A stretch of 64,000 nt of DNA from Camelus dromedarius (lineage: Eukaryota). The notes beneath the pieces were generated by a model, which did no database searches, was not told where the DNA came from, and saw only the letters and a list, made by a program, of their open reading frames with translations. The position numbers were made by a program, and so were the translations under genes. The stretch covers positions 53,136,001-53,200,000 of the forward strand of contig NC_087436.1 of assembly GCF_036321535.1 (NCBI RefSeq). The letters run 5' to 3'. Shown here one piece after another: positions 1 through 45,900 of the stretch (its first letter is position 1; each line of letters begins with the position of its first letter).

Positions 1-59
1 AACGTGAGGATTAAGGAGGTATGAAAGTCATTGCTGGTTGCCCTTCTTTTAACTCATAT

Positions 60-525
60 TGACAGAATCACAGCTTTGTTTAGAATGTCAATATAATAAT
101 TGAGAAACTATATTTATCAGCTTCTCTTGAAGCTACGGGCGTCCATATGACACAGCTTCATCATTAACAAAAGGGTTTCCTTTGGCAGATGCTTATCTTT
201 TATAGGAATAGATAGGGCTTCCAGGAAAGTTCTTGAACGAATCAGACTCTGCTGCCCCTACCCTTCCCTCTTCCTTCCTGGAATGAGGAAGTAGTGCTGG
301 AATGCAGCAGCCGTCTGATATTCATGAGGTAACAAGCACAAGGTTAAAGCCATGAGTAAAGATGGCTGAGCTGAGGAAAAAGAGTCTAGATCCTGATAGT
401 ATCTTAGGGTGCTCATATCAACCCTGAAGTAGCAACTTCCAAATATTTGTTACATGATAAAAATCAAACCATGTGGTTAAGCTACCCAAACTTGGTTATT
501 TTTGTTCTAGACAGCTATCCTGACC
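60..525 (+). mobile_element. old MaLR (MLT1-like) LTR
   Basis: cagcttctcttgaagctac..., gctggaatgcagcagccgtctg..., gttaagcta...ttttgtt...cagc terminus. Confidence 0.5.
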
Positions 526-1857
526 TGTGATGAGGAATAATAAAGATAGGGAATTAATATTTTGTTCCCATCAATGAAGTTTCATGGGAGTTTTAGTAAT
601 ATCTGATACTTAAGGTCTCTCCCAGATCTTAAAAGCTATGATTTCATAACTAGAACCCAACAAATCAAAATCCTCATATTACCTGGCAAAGAATAAAGCT
701 GATAAAAACTTTGGATCATCTGTTCCAAATGCCTCACTTTATCAGTAGGAAATCTTAGTTTAAAGCTATTAAGTAACTGCTCAAGAGCACACAGACAGTA
801 ACTAGCGGAGGCAAAATTCAAACCCAAGCTATTACTTGTAAATGTATTAAACCACAAAAGCAAACTTCCCAAGCAAGTTCTATAGCCTATAAATTTTAAT
901 CTAATCTCCTCATATATATTCAGTATCACAATTATGAATGAGTGTGCCCAGTGACCACTTTAAGGATTTCACATAAGCTCCTTATTTGGCAAATATTCTG
1001 TTTTTTTATATTGCTGTGCTTAGTGAGGCAGGAAATAAGTTAAGCCAAAAAAAGTTTAAGCATCGAACATTCAAACTCAAAGGTTATTCAGATTAACCTT
1101 CTTCTGTTTCTCAGAAATTCAAAGAGGCAGACCACGCCCATCCCACAGTAACTTGGTCACCTAAATCTCTCACTGCATGGAAGATGGTATGGTCATACCT
1201 TAGTACAGTAATGTAAGATTTGGGGGTGAAGAAAATTGAAAACTATTCTGAAGAATGCAGTTCAAGTGAATGAAAGTTCTCTTATTCTCTAATAATGAAT
1301 GAACCTTTGTAAACATGAGAATTTAGAGCAAAGAGTCTCCATTAAACACATGCTTGGTGTAAGCGGTTGCCTATGCCTCCACTGATTTGGCAGGGTCAAA
1401 ACGATGCATTATTTGGATCTTTATCATCGATGTCATGATAAATATCATCAGTAACTTATGAAGCCATGTAGTTCAGCTCCTGTCTTCAGAAAAAAATGTA
1501 ATCTAAGTCCACATATCTAGGAAATTCAAGTGGAGAGGTAATACCATCTCTTCTCTGTCAAATCCTAGGTTATTTTTCCATAACTTCTTGTTTCTATTAG
1601 CACCAGTTTTTTTCCCTCTCTCTCCCTTTTTGGCTTTATTGAGATATAACTGATATTATATTATATTCATATTAAATTGAGTATGTCCTCTTTTGCCTCA
1701 ACAGTGAGATGTCTTCACCAGCTAACAAAAGCCAAAGGAAACCCCATTTACTTATAGCAAAGGAGAAAAGGAGAAAGGGCACAATACCAAGAGAGCAGAC
1801 TGCTTAGAGTGTGAGCTCGAAGATGGGTGGAACTTTGTCCTGTATCCTCCAAGCCTA

Positions 1858-36601
<34,744 letters not shown>

Positions 36602-36699
36602 ACTGACTAGCTACCCTCTAATGCATCCAGTTCCCAGGGAGGAGTCACTGAGAAGTGGACTCTTCCAATGGCAGCGAGGCAGTGACCCTCCTCAGAACC

Positions 36700-36795
36700 T
36701 GCAACAATGTTTATCTTTGGGGGAAAGGTCAGATTCCAAACTCCAAAATCAGGACCTAAGTTCGCAGAAAGGTTCACTATTAATGATTAAACTTA
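36700..36795 (-). promoter_or_regulatory. MTTP: MTTP proximal promoter: DR1 (GGGGGA-A-AGGTCA, 36719-36731), HNF4-like CAAACTCCA (36737-36745), HNF1-like ATTAATGATTAAA (36779-36791), GATAAA TATA-like box (~36710-36715)
   Basis: Motifs read directly from the sequence 110-190 nt upstream of the ATG. The arrangement matches the known HNF1/HNF4/DR1 architecture of the liver and intestine MTTP promoter. Confidence 0.8.
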
Positions 36796-37970
36796 GGTGG
36801 GCTGTAGCTTTCAGTCTCTCACTTTTTATTTTTATTTTTTCCCAGAAATGAAAACCAAGAAAATTTTCACTTTGGGAGCTAAACTAAACCAGTCTACCAT
36901 CCTATAAATTCAGAAGTACTGAGAGACTGTCAAGGATAACTGGTGGCAATACTTTTCTGCTCAACACGTAATCGTCATCACGCCTGTAACATTAAATGCC
37001 CATCTTCACATTTACACTTTATGTAGGAGGGCAGTGAGGATTTGCAAATTCAGATAAATTTGATTGAATTTTATTGTCTTGGATGGTCATCTGAATTTTT
37101 TTATACCATGTGCATGCTATTATTTAAAAAAAATCACTCTGAATTTTAGGATTTAAATTTAAAATTTTTAAGTTGTACCACCACCAATCACTTCTAAATA
37201 ATGTTAGAACAGATAAAACTTTCTCATTTCTAAAACCTAAATGATTTTCCTTATGTGTGAGTCAGCATCATCTATCTAACACCCTAGTAGGCCGTTGAGT
37301 TTAACATTGTAGACCTCTAGCTCTATGACAAGAAACACTTGTCTGAGTCCCCGCACTGGCTGGCTGGAGTCCCTTGTGCTTTCTGAATCCCATTTCTAGG
37401 AAGAAATTCAGAGAAGGAATTCTAGCCCTTAACATTTCTACTATAGAAAATTAACTAGAAAACTGCTCTAGAACTAAAGCAAATACCCTAAAGGCTAAGG
37501 CCACACTAACTAAACCAACTCTTCTCTTTGGAAACTTCTGCACGAGAACTCTGATATGAACAAACCTACAAAAACGAGGCAGTTTAGGGGACACGTGGGA
37601 TGTTTTGGCAAAGGGAGGAACAAAGTGCTGGCAAATAGCTAATTGAATGAAACTGAAAATACTTACAGCCATGTTTACACATAAAATGGGTTTAAGAAAA
37701 TCTACCCTCATCTCTCTTCAAACCTTTTTCTAGAATCCTAACCTTAAGGTTAAATCTAGACAACTCAGTTAAAAGATAGTCAACATGATAGACAGGGCCA
37801 TACGACGAAAGCTAAAATTTAAAAATCTCCGAAGTCAAGCATATTTCCTCTTGAAATAAGTTTTTATATAAAGAACTGAAATGTGAAAATTGTCTTTATC
37901 ATCTATTGAGATTAGAACTTAGTTTGCTATCATGTTTTATATATAAATCATGGCTAAAGTACCTATACAA

Positions 37971-38084
37971 TAAGCATGACTGGGGCATTGTGCTCGACAC
38001 CAGAAATTCCAGACTGTAATTGACTATACTTCAATAAAAAAATTAAATAAAACAAAAAATAAAGACACGACATTAGAAAAAAAT
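37971..38084 (+). mobile_element. short L1 3'-end insertion with extended tail
   Basis: gcatgactggggcattgtg...gactatacttcaataaa; TSD GTACCTATACAA at 37959-37970 / 38085-38096. Confidence 0.8.
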
Positions 38085-39763
38085 GTACCTATACAAAAAT
38101 AAAATAGTTACGACTATTGCCTTAAAGTTATAAATATTAAGTTTTCCTGGTGTAAATAGAAAAGGCCATTCTTAGAAAAATAACTGTTGAAGAAATATAA
38201 GCTTTTATGACTAGTAGGCATTATAAATACAAGATAATGTGAAAGTGCTTTCTTGCTTTATATTTGAATAGATTTCTATGTAGTCCCACAATTTCTTCAT
38301 TACATGCACAGTGGTATGAAGCCACTTAACTTTACATACTTATTTATTTAAATTAAGGATTAGTTTGAATCTTATGAGAACTGTCTTTTGTATTTCCATG
38401 TTTAGGCTCACAGTTATGTGTCTGGGCTTAGACTATGTGGGGCATGATACGTGTCTCTTCGGGTAAAGTACCATTCGTTGTCAGGTGTTTACCAGAGTCC
38501 AACCAATAAAAAGCATATCACTATTGCCTAACAAAATAAACGCTGTTTCATTCGAGCATTTGCTTTCCACTAGAAAGCTTCTATGAGTCACTGTATTAAG
38601 TAGTCAGTTCAACACAAAATGTTCAAATAAGATTGCTTCTGTTGTTAATAAATAGTATCATCCTTTTATATTTTGCTTGTAACTTTTTACAAAGACATTT
38701 GAAAGACTTCAGATAAGGATGCCAAACTCTTTCTATATTCAGTGAATTCTGTGTACCAAAGGAGAGGCATTCTCCTCTGCTGCTCTGTTGATCAAGCAGC
38801 ACAAACAATGTACAGTATATATGAGAAATACCTTCCAAAACTCATCAGCTATTTTACACGGCATGTGAAGCAGGACAGAAGCACAGCACACAGTACAAAG
38901 ATAACAAGAGCTCCCATCTATGGGATGGTTCCTATGTACAATACACTATGCTGAGCTCTTCACATTGTCTAGGGTATCCTAACAACAATTATTTCACAGA
39001 TTAGATTTGATTGATTTAGTAAAATGATTTAAGGACTATAGAAAAATAAACCTTGAGACCTAGATCCAATATTAGAGATAAAAAATATTAGAGATAGGAA
39101 GTGGAAAAATGAATTTCTTATGGATGACATAGAATTATTAATTGAGACTATCTTTTAACAAATCTGTCACACTTTCGTATGGAGGCTAACAGAGCACTTG
39201 ATTGTTGTTGTTAGATGTTCCAGGCTGAACAAATTGCTCCGGGGGGGAAATTGATCTGTGCTAGCCAATTTAAAATCAAATAATAGATTTTAAAACAATG
39301 CTATTGCAATGAAATTTCATTGGTAGTACATGACACTGTGGAATATATACTACTATTTTGCAGTGATAATAAGAGACAATGAAGTGAAGATGGCTGACTA
39401 ATTCCAAAGTACAGTTGTGTTTCTGTTGAGTGTCAGAGGCTGTTAGGAGCTAACTCTTTTCCTAGATTAGAGGATTGAATGAACTTCACCCCACTAAAGG
39501 TTGGAAGGAAATGTATCACCCTACTAGATACAGATAAGGTAAGTAAGAATGTATGATCGCTATAGAGGGAAAAAAAAGTCTTTGTAACATCAGAACACTC
39601 TACTCTGTTCAAGAAAAAAGCACATTAATGAAAAAAAGTTTTTTAGAGGGACTCTTCAAGTTATCCCTAAGTGGTCATAATAAAGACTAATACTATTTTC
39701 GATTCAGTGATGGAGTTAGCATTTTCAAAGAATCCTGTAAAAAAATATTGATAGGTTAAAAAT

Positions 39764-39904
39764 ATAGTTTGTCCTCTGTATTGGCAGATACAAAGCCAGG
39801 GGATACCCAGGAGGGCCAACTGTAAGGGATTTGAGCATCTGTAGAATTTGGTAACAGCAGGGATCCTGGAACAAATCCCACAAGGATACTGAGAGAAGAC
39901 TGTA
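39764..39904. mobile_element. TcMar-Tigger (MER2-like) MITE remnant
   Basis: Degenerate terminal inverted repeats tagtttgtcctctgtat ... gatactgagagaagactgta with TA flanks. Confidence 0.5.
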
Positions 39905-40358
39905 TTCTTAAGAAGTGATGATCTCTTTTGTACCAAGACAAAAATTATAGGCAAATACATGTACTATTTTATAAGGTTTTATTTAAGAATTCTCTTTGAG
40001 AAAATAAAAATGCACTAAATACATTTCCTTAACAAGAGTAAATGAGACTTAGGTTTGAAACACTTGGAAACTTAAGACTCTCTAAGAAGGACAGTCATTT
40101 TTCCAAAATGGAGTTATTAACCAGACTTTACCTTCACCTCCCACCCCTCCACACACATATATTTGACAACAATAAAAAAATCCTTATGGGTCAATAATAG
40201 TCACCCTAAAAGGAGTCTAACTTTACACTATATTTGGCCACACAAAATTGAATTTCTAACATTTACAGGAGAGAATTCATGGCTTTATTTCCATAAACTA
40301 TTATAAAGAAAGCAAAACTTAAATTTTGATCAGAATCATTTTATTTACTAAGACGTTC

Positions 40359-40828
40359 TGTTACCAAGCCCAAGTTCATACCGCTTGTGACACAACAGGC
40401 CAGTAAGTCAAGGAGTTCTTGGAGCAAGGAATAGTGACTTTATTCAGAAAGCCAGCAGACTGAGAAGATGATGGACTAATGTCCCAAAGAACCATCTTTC
40501 CTGAGTTAGAATTCAGGTTCCTTTTATACTAAAAGGAGGGAGTGAAGTCAAACATTTCCTGGTTCCCGTGGGCCTCTGAAGGGGATGTGTTAATTTCTTC
40601 CTTCCTGCAGTCATTTGCAGGTGGGCCTGGTCAGGATGTTTCTTGTGAGCCAAATAAAGGTAATTTAGCTTAACACTCATTACCTGGGTGGCAAGCTTCC
40701 CAGAAATGGGCCATTATAATTTAAGCTTATAGCCAATATCCCTTGAGTGATTAACAAGCAATAGAAAACAAAGGTTAAAGTAAAAGAACAGATTCAATAT
40801 GGAGTCAGGTTTGTTCTTCCCTATTAAA
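40359..40828 (-). mobile_element. ERV1-type solo LTR
   Basis: About 470 bp with a TGTTA terminus, minus-strand TATAAAA (40522-40528) then AATAAA (40439-40444), GACTCCATATTG near the 5' end, 4-bp flanks GTTC/ATTC. Confidence 0.7.
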
Positions 40829-42509
40829 ATTCCAGAGATTTCTCATATAGCCTGCATCCAGTTACTCTCATTATTAATATCTTACATTAGTGTGGTGTAA
40901 TTATTATTACTGATTGCTGTATTAACTAAAATCTATACTTTATTTAGATTTCCTAGGTTTAAATCTAATGCTTTTTTTCTGTTCCAAGATCCCAACCAGG
41001 TTACAATTCAATTGTTCATTTCTGGTAGATAGGAAATCAATTGATTTTTGTCTCTTAACCTTGTCACTTGTGACCTTGCTATAATCATTTATTAATTCCA
41101 CAAGGGGTTTCTTTTGTTGACTTTTTTGGATGTTTTTCATAGACAATCATGTCACCTGAGAATAGTTTTACTTCTTTAATTCTCCTTTCTTCTTGTTGCA
41201 CTAGCTAGCACCTTCAGTGTAAGTTGAATATATATGTGTGCTCCTTACATTTCATATTCTTTTCTGAGTTCTGTGACACCTCTTCAGATCTTTTTTCCAA
41301 TCACTTTATTTCTGAGTTTTTGTTTTATTTTGTTCTATATTCTATCATTAAAAAATTTTCTCCTGTTTTGAAATATTGGGTTAGTTTCCATATGCTTTTT
41401 TCCTGCTCCATATTCTTTTTTATTATAACAGCTTTAAATAGGGTTCAATTATTGTTCTTATTGTGGTATGTTTTTAGGCTAAATAAGTTATTCTACACTT
41501 TTAAGAGGTAGGAGTGGGTAGAATAGTTCTTCTGGCTTCCAGAGCTTCCTTTTCTGATATTTTCATAAAATGACACCTATGTATCTTGGTCATTTCTTAG
41601 CTCTGTCTCCTTTTCCTTTTCTCCCACTTTTATTTGAACTTTTCCTTTGCCTCTATTGTACCTGTCCTGTTCAATTTGGATTCCATTCCCAGAAGTTTCT
41701 CCTTAGTGGGAGCTCAGGTTTATTAAGTTTTGAGAATTCATAGACCCCAATACCCCTCTGGCACTTTCGGACTTTCCTGCTTGTCCTTTTATACTCATTC
41801 TGAAATTACAATCTGTCAGTTTTGCTGCTACTTTCATATTGATCTCCCTTGCTTTTCAGTGAATACCTGTTGGCAGCTTGAGATCTTCCCACTCTCATGG
41901 CCTTCAGGTGCTCTGCTGCCATCCCACTGTTTCCTCCTACACAGATGCTGATACTAAGTTGGTGGTTTGCTCCCTTCTGCTCACATTTTGAGCTTTATGG
42001 GGATTCCTTTTCTTGTAGCCATGATTTGTTATTATTGTCGCTTTTTTATCCTAGATGCTCTACCTGCTGTATGAGGAGGTTGAGACTACACTGCCTCCGT
42101 AGTCATCTTCCTAGTCTTCTATATTCATGTACTACTTAGGAGGGGGAAATGAGATATTTTTAAAAACATTAAAATTTTTTTTCTATATTTTTGAAGTCAA
42201 TCCAAGTTGAAATAATTATAGATAGGTTGATTCTGCCTCTTAGATGCCTTTCATATCATTTTTAAAAATTAGTTTCTTTTTGGTTTTAGCCTGAAGTTAA
42301 TGTACTCACAAGTGTAACTCTATTCCCACAACTCTCCAACCTGCTGAAGAGCACTCTCAGACTTAATAAAACATCAGACCTAGGCTTAAAATAATTTGTG
42401 ATGACTGCCCAATGTTTTCAGGCCAAGCATCTTGGAGGAGCTCATAATTTTATTTATTACCATATTTTTGTGTCCTAAAATTCTGGTTCATCTTTCTCAC
42501 TCTACAGTC

Positions 42510-42830
42510 CAATTTAACAAACTGGCTGCCAATTGTCTGAATGTGGTCCAAGACATGTTTTGTTTAGCCTGCTCAGTATTTAAACACAAATAAAATAGTT
42601 GCCAACACTTAAAAATCATATTTCACATTAAAAACAAACAAACAAAAAGATTTCCAGCTGCTCTTAAAAAATTGAGATCTGATGGCATTAGGCCCACATT
42701 ACTACTTAGAACTTGTACCCTGATTAAACAGAGAATATGCTCTCAGGCTTGTGGCACTTTTCTCCTAGATAGCTTCTCTCATTTACCTTCCAGTCCTAAT
42801 AAACATTATAGGTTTGTAACCCAGGGTCTA
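42510..42830. mobile_element. hAT-Charlie (MER102-like) remnant
   Basis: caaactggctgccc...gacatgttttgtttagcctg resembles the MER102 left end as recalled. Confidence 0.45.
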
Positions 42831-43729
42831 GCATCTCTGATTCCAACCTCTTAGGTTGGCTTAAAGGACCACATACATGCTGATAACTTCTACTTAGCTG
42901 TCCTGCAGACTCCCCAGACCCACATATTCAAAATGAAGCTAATTTTTTTCAAAGCTTAACTTTCTTCCACTATTCTCCAAATGACCCATTTAACAGAATT
43001 ATATTCCTACAGTTGTCTAAATCAGAAAAATCTTTAGGGTTATTCTTTCCTCCTCCTTACTCATCCTACCCACAGCTTTTCAGTCATGTACCAAACTATG
43101 ACATGTCTTTGCTTTCCCCGTTCCCAGTATTTTAAATACTTTTCCTTTCTTGAGATCTGTAAAACTCCAATTTAAATAATTTCCAAGATGGAGCAAATTA
43201 TTCAGTTTCTGAAACTACATCCCCTGCCTCCAGGATCATTTAGTTGCTCCTTTCCATGTACAGGCTTCTCAAGTACATTATATGTTGTATGGTATTTAAC
43301 ACTGGCTCTCCCACTAGTCTAGAGATTCCTTAAGAACAGAGATCATGATTTCATTATCTCTGTGTAAACAGTACTAAGACAAAAAGCATGGAACTCAATA
43401 AATGTGCCAAATAAATACATGAATTTTACAAATCAGTGAAAATAAGATTATTTCATACCATGATTTTACCTTCCTATACTTTCTATATGCTTTCTGTATC
43501 TTTGGTTAAATTGTCCATTTTTTGCTGGTGCTTGCTTTGGATTGATACTAGAATTATTTTAAATTTTTGCACCCTATGGCTATAAAGTTCAATGGCTATG
43601 TCAAAAGAAAACATATTGACCCCACTGATAAAATATGAGGGTTTTTAAAGTAACTTAAAATTTTTGTTTTAAATATCTAAGGAGACTGAGTATTAACTGA
43701 AAAAATATACATAATTATTCATAAAACAG

Positions 43730-44010
43730 ATCCCTGTGGGGCAACTGAACAGCTGTTGAAAGATTTGGCATATCATTATGCCAGCCTGAGTTTAACGACC
43801 TACATGTGAAGGGCTACATATCCAATTACTAATCCTTCCTCAGCTACTCTTTGGCCTGATATGGATACAGCTGAAAAAAGATGCCCTACTAACAGATCAG
43901 AAATGGATCCAGACTTCCTTGCCAATGCTCAGTTAAAAGATCTTTTGGATTTGAGATAACGAAGAAACAGAGTGATCTACAACCATGTTACAGCTGACAT
44001 ACTTTTTCAA
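43730..44010 (+). pseudogene. putative decayed coding exon of an unidentified gene
   Basis: GC step relative to AT-rich flanks, cag| ... |gtaaaa boundaries, 93 codons with two stops; product not recognised. Confidence 0.35.
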
Positions 44011-44799
44011 GTAAAATTTGATGGTTTAAAGCAAGAGTGGCTTCAGTTCTGTAACTAAATTTAGAGAAATTTTTAATTCTTTTAGAAAATTCAAATTATG
44101 AATTTAATTTTCTATCCATTAAAACCTTTAAACATGTTAAAATGTTTTCAAATATCAAGAATACTTTAGTTCAGAGCTCTTTTCATACTGAGATGGCTGT
44201 CTTCTATTCATTGACTCAAACCTCATTCTTTTCTTCAAATTCTGAAATAATCATCTATTAGAAGTAGGACCAAATCAAAAACTAAATAGAAAACGACAAT
44301 CTACCAGATTCTGTTTCAGTTCTCCCTCAGTTGACTTGATCTATATATAGCAAAAAGATTACATAAGGTCAAGTATTACAATGAAATGTCACTTGGTGTT
44401 TTGCAAAATATATTAAAAAATAGTTCAAGGAATGAATGGAGAGTAAAACGCAAGTAAGCGAGAAAAAGCTTAAACATTCTAGATTTAAACGCCTCTTATT
44501 AGGGATTTGATTCAGTTTTTAAATCTAATTTTCCATTTCAGTTGTGTAAAATCATGTGATACTGACAACCCTCTGTATTAATTATAAATAGTTCAGGCAA
44601 GAGATGCTTTCCTCTCATCTCCAACACGGAAGAATTAACAGCTCTTCAGCAGTGTTTCGCATTTTTAATTTTTAAGAGTAGTAATATCTTAACAGCCCCT
44701 GCCATCTCCACAGGAATAAATGAATGAATATATACCCACAGATACACACTCGCTTTCAAGTGGGGAAAAAAAAACAAAAAACCCACAAATCAGGGAACT

Positions 44800-45900
44800 A
44801 CCGCCCACTCTAGAAACCCTAACTCCAAGCCCCGCCCCACATAAAATCCCTCCCCTTTCTCCCACTGCAGGTCCGCAGTTGGCGCAGCTAGTTGACGTAA
44901 GACGTAACCTCCGTAGCATCCTACGTGCAGCTACCGTCTCTGCCTCTGGGAGTTGAAGTTTCCGAAACAGGACCTTCTGGAGTGGTAAAGACCGCTCTGA
45001 AAAGCGTGCTCTCAGGTTCCCCGACAACTTCTCCGCTCGGTAAGTCTCTTGGCACGTAGGCTAGTGCTCGCCTATCCCTTGGTATAATCCGGGCGCAAAA
45101 GGAGCGCGTGCTGGTGCCGCCTTCCACTACCAATAAGGGCTTCCGGGGGTGAGGGAAGAGGGGTTTTGGGAGCGGCTGCCTAGCCCCAGCTCCTGGCGGA
45201 AGTGACGTCGGAGGGAATGCGCCCTTGCGGCTCCCCTAGCAGCTTTCTCATTCGTTAGCTGCATTTTAATCCCGCCTCTGGAGTGTGTCCGCCTGCGGGT
45301 GGCCTGGAGGGTAGGAGGGGAGGCTTGCTGTCCACGTTTGTTTGCTGGTCGGGATCCGGGCCCTAGTGTGTGAGGAGTGTGAGTTTCTCAAGAATAAAGG
45401 GAGAGGGAAATCTGGACCCTGAAGGGCCAGAAAACGAGTTGTGGTTCTGCCACTGGTGGCTAGAGACAGTGGGCAAGTCGCTCTACCTCTTTAAACCTGC
45501 CTTACCTCATCTCTTCAACGAGGGACTGCCGTCCCTGAGCGCTCTGAAATGGAGGGGCCAGGGGAGAGTTGCTGCAGGTGCTGTTAGGCCCCATGGTGGT
45601 GAGCTGAGGACGATTTTAAGAAGACCGAGGTGTTACTTGATTTCACTGAAATGTTTTATGTTGAAATTCGGGATTTTTAAAAATTTTAGCGATATAAAGA
45701 GTATAGCAAAAGATGACAATCTCAGTTTTTGTTCGTTGTAAATCCTCCACCTCCCCCCACTCCAGCCTGACCCACCGCCCCAAGGGCCAGATAGCTTTCG
45801 CCGTTGCGGATTTGGCCCGCGCGTTTTAAAAAGCATATTAATTCACTGTCGCTGTCAGCTCATTTAATTACGTTCGGCAGTTACTCCAACATTCATGTGA
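44800..45900. promoter_or_regulatory. TRMT10A: CpG-island promoter of TRMT10A, head-to-head with MTTP
   Basis: Abrupt GC and CpG enrichment; GC box 44830-44838, TGACGTAA 44893-44900, ETS-CRE CGGAAGTGACGTC 45197-45209. Confidence 0.85.
44900..45039 (+). other. TRMT10A: TRMT10A candidate non-coding first exon (5' end approximate)
   Basis: Strong donor TCG|gtaagt at 45040 inside the CpG island; a second donor AGT|gtgagt at 45379 suggests an alternative first exon. Confidence 0.6.

Noticed and set aside
37500..37748. Possible additional upstream exon of the putative fossil gene
   Set aside because: All three frames contain multiple stops and no clear acceptor; a frame cannot be chosen without homologs.
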